The translations under genes were made by a program, and so were the position numbers. The notes beneath the pieces were generated by a model. The model was not told the origin of the DNA. It saw only the letters and a program-made list of their open reading frames with translations, and made no database searches. A DNA stretch of 28,726 nucleotides from a virus (Duplodnaviria > Caudoviricetes). The stretch is taken from positions 1 through 28,726 of the IMG/VR virus record IMGVR_UViG_3300049167_000044. One strand, given 5' to 3'. Position 1 is the stretch's first letter; each line of letters starts with the position of its first letter. Positions 7,795-16,200 of this stretch are shown here, one piece after another.

Positions 7795-9087
7795 GTGAAC
7801 AAGATCGAAGAGCTGAAGGAACAGCTCAAGCACCACCTGCAGCAGGCCCAGCAGATCGCCGCCAAGGCCGACGACGAGGGCCGCGACTTCACCGACGACG
7901 AGCGCGCCCAGGTCACCGACCACATGGCGAAGGCGTCGGACGCCAAGGCCGGCCTGGAGAAGGCCAAGGCCACCGCGACGATGAAGCAGGCGCTCGCGGA
8001 CCTCGGCGAGGGTGTCGAGCTGGAGGAGAAGGCGGCCGGCGAGCGCCGCACCCCCTCCGGTCTGATCGTCCCGGACGCCAAGGCGTCGCTGGGCGAGACG
8101 TTCGTCAAGTCGGGCGAGTACCAGGCGCTCATGCAGTCGGCCCCGAACGGCGTGTTCGGCAAGGACCACAGGGTTCAGAGCAGGCCGGTCGGCTACAAGG
8201 CCCTCGTCACCGGCGGCAGCGACACCAGCGGTGGCGCGTTCGTCACCAACGACATGCGCGGCCTGCAGCTGGGGCAGTTCGCTTTCCAGCGTCCGCTGCG
8301 GCTGCGGGACGTGGTCACGAACCTGACCACCACGTCCGACACCATCGAGTACGTCCGGATGACGTCGCAGACGAACAACGCGGCCCCGGTCGCGGAGTCG
8401 ACGGCGACCGCGGACCCGGGCACCATGAACGCGGCGAACGGTGTCAAGCCCGAGTCGGCGCTGGCGTGGGCGAAGGTCACTACGCCTGTGCGGACGATCG
8501 CCCACTGGATCCCGCTCACCAAGCGGGCCCTCAGCGACGCGGCGCAGGTCCGGTCGATCATCGACGCCTTCCTCCGCTACGGCCTGGAGGAGGAGCTCGA
8601 GGACCAGATGGTGTCCGGCGACGGCACCGGCGAGAACCTCGAAGGCCTGGCTAACGTGTCCGGCGTGCAGGCCCAGGCCTGGGACACCAACCTGCTGACC
8701 ACGACCCGCAAGGCCCGCACCAAGGTCCGGCTCGTCGGCCGCTCCACGCCGAACGCCTACCTGTTCAACCCGTCCGACCTGGAGGCGATCGACCTCCTCC
8801 AGGACAACGAGGCGAGGTTCTATTTCGGTGGCCCGTCCGGGCTGGGCACCGCGGGGACCCTGTGGGGCCTGCCGGTCATCGAGACCGAGGCCGTCCCCGC
8901 CGGCACCGGCTACGTCGGCGACTTCCGCAAGGCCGTCCTGTGGGACCGCGAGCAGGCGTCCATCACCATCTCGGACAGCCACGCCAACTTCTTCATCCGC
9001 AACATGGTCGCGATCCTCGCCGAGATGAGGGCTGCCTTCGGCGTCATCCAGCCGAACGCCTTCGTCGAGATCGACCTCACCGCCTGA
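7795..9087 (+). CDS. Major capsid protein, HK97 fold, with N-terminal delta domain
   Basis: GAGGAG RBS; coiled-coil N-terminus; KPES; TIAHW......AL.DA; Q...GDGTG.NL.GL; LWGLPV; GDF; F.RNMVAILAE.R..F.V..P.AF. Confidence 0.97.
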   Translation: MNKIEELKEQLKHHLQQAQQIAAKADDEGRDFTDDERAQVTDHMAKASDAKAGLEKAKATATMKQALADLGEGVELEEKAAGERRTPSGLIVPDAKASLGETFVKSGEYQALMQSAPNGVFGKDHRVQSRPVGYKALVTGGSDTSGGAFVTNDMRGLQLGQFAFQRPLRLRDVVTNLTTTSDTIEYVRMTSQTNNAAPVAESTATADPGTMNAANGVKPESALAWAKVTTPVRTIAHWIPLTKRALSDAAQVRSIIDAFLRYGLEEELEDQMVSGDGTGENLEGLANVSGVQAQAWDTNLLTTTRKARTKVRLVGRSTPNAYLFNPSDLEAIDLLQDNEARFYFGGPSGLGTAGTLWGLPVIETEAVPAGTGYVGDFRKAVLWDREQASITISDSHANFFIRNMVAILAEMRAAFGVIQPNAFVEIDLTA

Positions 9088-9101
9088 TCGGAGGGCACGT
9101 C

Positions 9102-9266
9102 ATGGCGTACCTGAACGACGGCGCCGGCAAGGCCCGCGAGGGCAAGCAGGCCGCGGCGGTCGCGGACATCGCGTCCCCCGGAACGGCTACGGCCGCCGAC
9201 TGCGCCAACAAGATCAACGCCCTGCTGGCGGCTCTCCGCACGGCCGGCCTGATCAAGAGCTCGTGA
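9102..9266 (+). CDS. Small head fiber/decoration-like protein (54 aa)
   Basis: QAAAVAD...KINALLAALRTAGLI motif typical of head fiber proteins; GGAGG RBS; follows the capsid gene. Confidence 0.7.
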   Translation: MAYLNDGAGKAREGKQAAAVADIASPGTATAADCANKINALLAALRTAGLIKSS

Positions 9267-9622
9267 CGCTCGTCAACTCCCGGCTGAGCCGTGGCCGGTG
9301 CCCCATGTGCGGCGCGAAGCACGCCACGTGCGGCCCGGCCTCGGAATCAGTCCCCGTCGACACACAGATGGAGGTGGCCGTCGTGGGCGGACCGCTGAAG
9401 AAGTACGAGGTGACCACGCCGTCCGGCGTGAAGACCACGATGAAGCTCAACGACGACGACGCCAAGCGCCTCGGCGTCACGGCCGACAGCCCGGCCGACG
9501 AGCCCGCGGCGGAGCCGGAGTCCGACACCGCCGCCGACGCGCCGACGAAGTCGCGGGCCACCCGCAACAAGGCCCGCACCGCCACCGGCGACAAGGACGG
9601 CGGTACGGGTGGTGGCGACTGA
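9263..9622 (+). CDS. Hypothetical head-region protein (alternative start GTG 9383)
   Basis: GTGA overlap with the previous gene; CPMCG..H..C N-terminus; high GC3. Confidence 0.7.
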   Translation: MTLVNSRLSRGRCPMCGAKHATCGPASESVPVDTQMEVAVVGGPLKKYEVTTPSGVKTTMKLNDDDAKRLGVTADSPADEPAAEPESDTAADAPTKSRATRNKARTATGDKDGGTGGGD

Positions 9623-10160
9623 CCCGCTGGCCGACCCTGCCGAGCTGGCCGTGTGGCTCGGCGTCCCGGAGACGGACACCAAGCTCGTCGCGGCCCTGAA
9701 CGCCGCATCCCGCCGCTTCCGGGGCGCGGTGCGGCATCCGGTCAGCCTCGTCGCCGCCGACACGGTCACGCTGGACGGGACCGGCGCCTACACGGTGCTC
9801 CTGCCGGCGGCGCCGGTGGTGGCGGTGGCGAGCGTCGTCCTGGACGGCACGACGCTCGTGGACGGCACGGACTACGAGTGGTCGCAGGACGGATACCTGC
9901 GCCGCCTGTCCACTCCGTGGCCGACGGCCCTGCGCTGCCTGACCGTGACGTACACGCACGGCTACGCCCAGGTGCCCGAGGACATCCAGGAAGTCGTCCT
10001 CGACCAGGCCCGCGCCATCTACACGGTGCAGCCGGGCGTGCAGGCGCGGACGGTGGGCGGCCAGTCGGTGACCTTCGGCGCCCAGGCGGCGACCGGGGTG
10101 ACCGCGCAGTGGTCGGCCGCTGTGGAGAAGTACCAGCTGAACCGGGGTGACCGCGCGTGA
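9612..10160 (+). CDS. Head-to-tail adaptor (connector)
   Basis: LA...ELA..LG; L..AS..FR; LDG.G...LLP..PV..V.SV; VTYTHGY..VP.DI; synteny. Confidence 0.85.
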   Translation: MATDPLADPAELAVWLGVPETDTKLVAALNAASRRFRGAVRHPVSLVAADTVTLDGTGAYTVLLPAAPVVAVASVVLDGTTLVDGTDYEWSQDGYLRRLSTPWPTALRCLTVTYTHGYAQVPEDIQEVVLDQARAIYTVQPGVQARTVGGQSVTFGAQAATGVTAQWSAAVEKYQLNRGDRA

Positions 10161-10504
10161 TGTTCAACCAGAGCGCGGTGCGGATCCGGGCTGGCACCAA
10201 GACCGACCGGGGTGGCAACACCGTCCCCGACTGGTCGCCCGGCGCCTCGTCCCGGCTCACGGTCACCGGACTGAACATCCAGCCCAATCAGCAGGCCGAG
10301 CAGGTGGACGAGCAGCGCACCGCTGTCGTCACCGGATACCGCGTCCAGTCGGCCGAGGGCACGGCACCGGACATCCGCTCGACCGACCGGATCGAGTGGC
10401 GCGGCTTGCTGTTCGAGGTCGACGGCGAGGTCGGCGTGTGGCCGGAGCTGTTCGCCGACACCACTCACCACATCGAGTTCGTCATGGTGCGTGCCACCGG
10501 ATAG
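10157..10504 (+). CDS. Head-to-tail stopper (head closure)
   Basis: D..GN...DW; DI...DRIEW.G..FEVDG; synteny. Confidence 0.85.
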   Translation: MMFNQSAVRIRAGTKTDRGGNTVPDWSPGASSRLTVTGLNIQPNQQAEQVDEQRTAVVTGYRVQSAEGTAPDIRSTDRIEWRGLLFEVDGEVGVWPELFADTTHHIEFVMVRATG

Positions 10505-10513
10505 GAGGCAGCC

Positions 10514-10792
10514 GTGCTCCTGGAGTTCCGCCTGGACGCGGCCGGTGTCCGCGAGATCCTGCGCGGCGACGAGGTCCGTCAGCTAATCGACGGCAAGGCG
10601 GAGGAGATCGCCGAGAACATCAAGGCCGCCCAGCCTGACGCGCCGGTCGAGGTCCGCAAGTACACCACGGACCGCGGGGCCGCCACGGTCGCCGTGACCG
10701 ACGTGCAGGCCATGGCCTGGCAGGCGCGCGACGGACTGCTGACCCGTGCCGCCGGGGCGGCCGGCCTCGAGGTGAAGGCTTGGCAGCGGTGA
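10514..10792 (+). CDS. Neck/tail completion protein (HK97 gp10-like position)
   Basis: AGGAGG RBS; L...GV.EIL...EV; G.L.RA; synteny. Confidence 0.7.
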   Translation: MLLEFRLDAAGVREILRGDEVRQLIDGKAEEIAENIKAAQPDAPVEVRKYTTDRGAATVAVTDVQAMAWQARDGLLTRAAGAAGLEVKAWQR

Positions 10793-11217
10793 AGCCGCTC
10801 GTCGCCTTCGGGGATGTGCAGGCGGCAGGGGCGTCCGTGCTGCGGACCGCTCTCGCCGGCAGGCCGGAGCTGTATGCGGCCGGGGCCGCGGTGGGCACCC
10901 GCGTCCCGGGCGACCGGTCACCGGAGACCCCGGACCTGCCGTATGTGCTGGTCCGCAAGGACGCCGACTTCCCCCATGCGTCGATGGCGAACTCGCGCTG
11001 CACGCTGCGGGTCACCGTCTGGCACGAGTCCGCCGACGACGCGCACGACCTGGCGATGCTCTGCCAGGGGCTGCTGCTAGTGCACTCCGGACCCGTCATC
11101 CGCGGCGTCCGTCCCGCCACGGGGCCGCTGCCTGCGGTCGACCCCCCAAGCGGCATCGATCTGTCGACATTCACGGTGCTCGCCAACGTCAAGCCGCAGC
11201 CCTTGCCCGCGGCGTGA
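10789..11217 (+). CDS. Tail terminator protein
   Basis: GTGA overlap; VGTRVP; PYVLVR.D; LRVTVW.....A..LA; directly upstream of the major tail gene. Confidence 0.8.
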   Translation: MKPLVAFGDVQAAGASVLRTALAGRPELYAAGAAVGTRVPGDRSPETPDLPYVLVRKDADFPHASMANSRCTLRVTVWHESADDAHDLAMLCQGLLLVHSGPVIRGVRPATGPLPAVDPPSGIDLSTFTVLANVKPQPLPAA

Positions 11218-11269
11218 CCCTCACTGAACCGCGACCCACCAACCCTGTACCTGAGACGAGGAGGACGCC

Positions 11270-12040
11270 GTGGCCGGCGACCCGCTGAACGCAAATCTGT
11301 GGACGGACGCGGACGTCTACATCTCCACCAACCTGTCCGCGACCCTGCCCGCCGACGCGTCCACCGCGTTCGGCGTGGACTGGCAGCTCGTCGGCCTCCT
11401 CGACGGGGACGAGGGATTCCCGGAGGGCCGCGACGAGGACACCGACGACAAGTTCGCCTGGGGCGGCATCCTCGTCAAGACGTCCCGCAACCACTTCAAG
11501 CTGACCAAGAGCTTCACCGCGCTCGAGGACAACGACACCACCTTCAGCCTGCTGTGGCCCGGCTCGACGGCCACGGCCATCAAGGTCCCCCGCCCGGCGA
11601 AGGTGCTCGTCGCGTTCGAGGTCCGGGAGGGCGACAAGGTCCGCCGCCTGATCACCGCCAACTACGCGGAAGTGTCGCTTGACGGCGACCACGGCGAGAC
11701 CGAGGCGGACCTGGAGTCCATGACGTTCGCCGCCACCATCTACCCCACCGGCGACGGCACCCTGTTCACCCGCCAGGTCACCCCGACGCTGGCCAGCCTC
11801 GTCGTCGCCCCCTCCACCCTGTCGATCGCCGACGGGGAGATCGGCGCCCTCACGGCGACCGCCCACTACGACGACGCCTCCACGCAGGACGTCACGGCGC
11901 TCGCGTCGTGGAACTCCTCGGCCCCGGCCGACGCCACCGTCTCCGCCGGGTTCGTCACCGGCGTGGACCCCGGCTCGGCCACCGTGACCGCCACCTACAA
12001 CGGCCAGTCCGACACCTGCGCCGTGACGGTCACCGCCTGA
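11270..12040 (+). CDS. Major tail tube protein with a C-terminal Ig-like (Big_2) domain
   Basis: GAGGAGG RBS; W..VGLLDGDEG; AWGG; FTALE.N. Ig domain L.V.P....LTATA.Y.D....DVT....W.SS....ATV..G.VTGV..G.ATVTATY. Confidence 0.92.
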   Translation: MAGDPLNANLWTDADVYISTNLSATLPADASTAFGVDWQLVGLLDGDEGFPEGRDEDTDDKFAWGGILVKTSRNHFKLTKSFTALEDNDTTFSLLWPGSTATAIKVPRPAKVLVAFEVREGDKVRRLITANYAEVSLDGDHGETEADLESMTFAATIYPTGDGTLFTRQVTPTLASLVVAPSTLSIADGEIGALTATAHYDDASTQDVTALASWNSSAPADATVSAGFVTGVDPGSATVTATYNGQSDTCAVTVTA

Positions 12041-12044
12041 TCCG

Positions 12045-12108
12045 CCGGGGCGCGGGAGTTCTGTCGCGGTTCGGCCGCGCCCCGGTGCACACCTTCACCG
12101 AACCGCGA
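12045..12108 (+). promoter_or_regulatory. Predicted H-type RNA pseudoknot downstream of the major tail gene
   Basis: Stem 1 is 12045-12055/12075-12085 and stem 2 is 12064-12074/12098-12108; both are perfect 11 bp. Confidence 0.6.
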
Positions 12109-12119
12109 GGAGCCGCGAC

Positions 12120-12470
12120 ATGCAGGTCCGCTTCACCGACTCCGACATCCGGGCCAAGGCCGTCGAGCTGAAGCTCATCGAGCCGGGCAGGGAAGTGCCG
12201 AGCCATCTCCGCAGCCGGATCGTCGCGATCCTGCTGCAGGAGGCCGCCGGCCACACCCGCCGCCCGGCGCCCGAGCCGCAACTGGCCACGGAGATCGTCA
12301 TCCAGCCCGGCGGGGTGATCCTCATCGACGGGGAGCCCTTCCCGTGGCTGGTGGCCCAAGAGGCGATGGACATCCGCCTCGATCCCGAGGGCTTCAGCAC
12401 CGTCCGCATGACGCTGCTGGCCAACGCCGTACAGATCCTCACACCCGAACCGCGCGACGAGAGCGAGTAG
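12120..12470 (+). CDS. Hypothetical protein between major tail and tail chaperone genes (116 aa)
   Basis: GAGGAG RBS, ATG, high GC3, tight packing. Confidence 0.8.
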   Translation: MQVRFTDSDIRAKAVELKLIEPGREVPSHLRSRIVAILLQEAAGHTRRPAPEPQLATEIVIQPGGVILIDGEPFPWLVAQEAMDIRLDPEGFSTVRMTLLANAVQILTPEPRDESE

Positions 12471-12472
12471 CC

Positions 12473-12817
12473 ATGGCCACCCGAACCGCGACCAAGTCCG
12501 ACTCCCAGCCGTTCGACTTCAACCTGGACGCCGTCCAGGCCGAGGTCGACCTCACCCCGTGGCGAGTCCACTGGGACGGACGCCGCTGGGAGTTCGCCCA
12601 CATGCAGGACCTCGACGTGTGGGGCCTGATGGAGGCCGCCGAGTCCGGCGAGGTCGCCGCGATGGCGGGGATCTTCAAGGCGGCCCTCGGCGACGAGGAA
12701 TGGGCCCGGTTCCGTAAGGTCCGGCTGCCCCAGTACAAGCTCAAGGCCCTGTTCGACGCCTACCGCAAGCACTGCGGTGTGGCCGAGGGGGAATCGGAAG
12801 CCTCGTCCGCCTCCTGA
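12473..12817 (+). CDS. Tail assembly chaperone (lambda G-like, 114 aa)
   Basis: Position before the tape measure gene; ends GVAEGE with slippery G GGG GAA at 12787-12793. Confidence 0.88.
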   Translation: MATRTATKSDSQPFDFNLDAVQAEVDLTPWRVHWDGRRWEFAHMQDLDVWGLMEAAESGEVAAMAGIFKAALGDEEWARFRKVRLPQYKLKALFDAYRKHCGVAEGESEASSAS

Positions 12818-13248
12818 GGGAGCACGGCGAGGCAGTCCAGGCAGACTTGCGCGACCACTACGGCGTGAGGCTCAGCGACCTGTTCCGCAGGGACAGCGCC
12901 GGATGCCCACTGCTGACCTGGCGGGAGCTCGGCGGCTACATCCGCCAGCTCCCGCCGAACGCCCGCACCCGCCTCGCGCTCGGCGACGAGGACAGTGTGT
13001 GGGGGCTGCAGGAACACCTGACGGCCGTCGTTATCGACGAGCTGCGCACGGCGAACTGGCAGCGCGGCCAAGAAGGCGTGGAGAAGTCGAAGCGCAAGCC
13101 GCCCCCGAAGCCGTTCCCCCGCCCCGGGTTGAAGTCCGGGAGCAGGCGGGGCGACAAGACCAGCCCCGAACGGCTGGCCGCCCGCCAGGCAGCGCTGCGG
13201 CGCGCGGCGGAACGCAAACGGGCCCTGGCGGCCGGAGAGATCACCTGA
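12787..13248 (+). CDS. Tail assembly chaperone -1 frameshift extension (lambda T-like; fusion about 258 aa)
   Basis: The -1 frame is open from the slippery site: GIGSLVRLLREHGEAVQADLRDHYGVRLSDL...W...EHL...ANWQ...PKP.PRPG. It has no good independent start. Confidence 0.85.
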   Translation, partial: GGIGSLVRLLREHGEAVQADLRDHYGVRLSDLFRRDSAGCPLLTWRELGGYIRQLPPNARTRLALGDEDSVWGLQEHLTAVVIDELRTANWQRGQEGVEKSKRKPPPKPFPRPGLKSGSRRGDKTSPERLAARQAALRRAAERKRALAAGEIT

Positions 13249-13260
13249 CAGGGGGTGCCC

Positions 13261-16200
13261 ATGCCGTCTGTCGGATACGCCACCATTCAGATCATCCCCA
13301 GCGTCCGGGGCATCTCGGACGAGATCCGCCGCCAGCTCACCGGCCCCGCAGGGGACGCCGGCGAGGCGGCGGGCCAGGAGTCCGGCAGCCGGTTCGCCGA
13401 CAGGTGGAAGACGGGACTCGCCGCGGCAGGGGCCGCGGCGGGCGCCGTCCTGGTGGCGGCCACCGTCTCGGCGGTGGAGAAGGAGAAGGCTGGCGACCGG
13501 CTGGCCGCTCAGCTGGGCCTGTCCGGCAAGGGCGCGAAGGAGGCTGGCAAGGTCGCCGGCACTCTGTACTCCCAGGCCGTCGTCGACAGTTTCGAGGACG
13601 GCGCGGCCGCGGTGCGCGCGGTCATGGGCTCCGGGCTCATCCCGGCCAAGGCCACGACCAAGAGCATCGAGGCGATCACCACCAAGGTAGCCGACCTCGC
13701 CAGCACCTTCGAGCAGGACCTGGGGGGCACGGCGAACGCCGCCGCCCAGATGATCCGCACCGGGCTGGCGAAGGACGGCGCCCAGGCGCTCGACCTGCTC
13801 ACCAAGGGCTTCCAGTCCTCCGCGAACAAGGCGGACGACTTCCTCGACACGATCAACGAGTACGGCACCCAGTTCCGCAAGGCCGGCCTGGACGGCGCCA
13901 CGTCGATCGGCCTGCTCAACCAGGCCATCGCCGCTGGTGCACGCGACGCGGACATCGCCGCCGACGCCATCAAGGAGTTCTCCATCCGGGCGGTGGACGG
14001 CTCCACCAGCACCGCCCAGGGGTTCAACGACCTGGGCCTGTCAGGCGTGAAGATGGCCAAGGACTTCGCTGCCGGCGGGGCCACCGCCAACGCGGCCCTC
14101 GACCTGACGCTCGACCGGCTGCGCGGTGTCGCAGACCCGGTCAAGCAGTCCAGGATCGCTGTCGCCCTGTTCGGCACCCAGGCCGAAGACCTGGGCAAGG
14201 CGCTGTTCGCCATGGACCCCTCCACGGCTGCGGCTGGACTCGGCAAGGTCGGCAACGCCGCCAAGACCGTCGGCGACACCATCCGCGGCAACACCTCGAC
14301 CCAGCTGGCCATACTGCAGCGCCAGCTCACGGGGGCGATCGGGGTCGTGGTGACCTCCGTCATCCTCCCCGCCCTGAACGCCTTGATCGCCGGGATCCGC
14401 CAGGTCGACGACGTGATCAGCGGCATTGTCGGCTGGTTCCGCGAGTGGGGTATCTGGCTCACGCCGCTCGGCATCCTCATCACCGGCATCACCTTGACGA
14501 TGACCGCCCAGGCCATTGCGGTGGGGGCGGTGACCGCGGTGTTCTCCCTCTACCGCGGCGCGATCCTGGCGTGGATGGCCGTGCAGCGCGGCGCCATCGC
14601 CGTGCAGGCGGCCTTCAACGCGGTCCTGTCCGCGAACCCGATCGGGCTGATCATCACGGTGCTGGTCGCCCTGGCCGCCGCCGTGTACATCGCCTACCAG
14701 CGCTCCGAGACCTTCCGCAACATCGTGACGAAGGCCTGGCAGGGCATTCAGGCCGCCGCCTCCTACGCCTGGAACAGCATCCTCAAGCCCGCCTTCGACG
14801 GGCTGATGACGGGCCTGCGGGCGATCGGCGCAGCCGCGATGTGGCTGTGGACCAACGCCATCCAGCCGGCGTTCGGGTTCATCTCCACCGCCGTCCGCAT
14901 CCTCGCCACGATCTTCACGATCGTGCTGCTCGGGCCGATGTACGTGGCCTTCCTGGTGATCGGGAAGGTCGCGACGTGGCTGTGGTCCAGCGTGCTCCAG
15001 CCGACGTTCTCCGCCATCGGGACAGCCGCGATGTGGCTGTGGACGAACGCGATCCAGCCCGCGTTCAGTCACCTGCAGCTGATCCTCCGTGCCGCGGGCG
15101 CGGTCGTCATGTGGCTGTGGACGAGCATGATCAAGCCCGGCTTCAACGGGGTGATGGTCATCCTGCGGGCCGTCGGGTCCGTCGTGCTGTGGCTGTGGAA
15201 CAACGTCTTCAAGCCCGGGTTCAACGGCATCGGAGTGATCGCCAGCTGGCTGTGGAACAACGCGATCAAGCCCGCTTTCGACAACGTCAAGTCGGGTATC
15301 CAGGTCCTGTCCATCGTCGTCCGCTGGCTGTGGACCTCCGTCATAGCCCCGGTCTTCGGCTGGATCGGCGACAAGGCCAAGTGGCTGTGGACCTTCGGCA
15401 TCAAGCCGTCCTTCGACCTGCTGAAGAAGGGCATCGCCGCCGTCGGCGACAGCTTCGAGGACGCCAAGAACTTCATCTCCCGAGCCTGGACGTCCATCCA
15501 GGACATCGCGAAGAAGCCTGTCCGCTTCATCATCGAGAAGGTCTACAACGCGGGCATCGTGCCCGTGTGGAACAAGGTCGCGTCCGCGTTCGGCGCACCG
15601 AAGATCTCCCCGATGGACATCTCCGGATGGGCCACCGGCGGCGTCCTGCCCGGATACACCCCGGGCCGCGACGTGCACCTGGCGGCCCTGTCCGGCGGCG
15701 AGGCCGTCATGCGCCCGGAGTGGACCCGCGCGGTCGGCCCCGGCTACGTCCACCACATGAACGCAGCTGCACGCCACGGCGGAGTCGCCGGCGTGCAGCG
15801 CGCCCTCGGCCTGCCCGGATTCGCCGACGGCGGGATCTTCGGCTGGATCGGCGACAAGGCTGCCGGTGTCGGCTCCGCCGTCTGGGACGGAGTCAAGAAG
15901 GGCGCGTCCTGGCTCAAGGACAGCCTGGAGGAGTCCGCCCGCGCCGGCGTCAAGGCCGTCGTCGACCCCCTCCTGCGCAACCTGCCCGGCGCCGACACCC
16001 AGCTCGGGAAGATGCTGCGCCGCATCCCCAACAAGATCCTCGACGCGGTCTTCGGCTACGCCAAGAAGGCGGACGACAAGGGCGCGGGCGGTGTCGGGCC
16101 GATCGGCGGCGTCGTGCCCACCGGCAAGCGGCGCGTCATCCTCACCCAGGCCCTCGCCGCCGCCGGAGTGCCGCCGCCCGGCACCATGGGGCAGTGGCTG

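Noticed and set aside
12038-12122. Stop-codon readthrough of the major tail gene stimulated by the pseudoknot
   Set aside because: The readthrough frame is not in frame with ORF 12120 and encodes low-complexity sequence.
2991-12500. TerL and the tail chaperone both begin MATRT
   Set aside because: The match is short and low-complexity, with no further similarity; probably coincidence.
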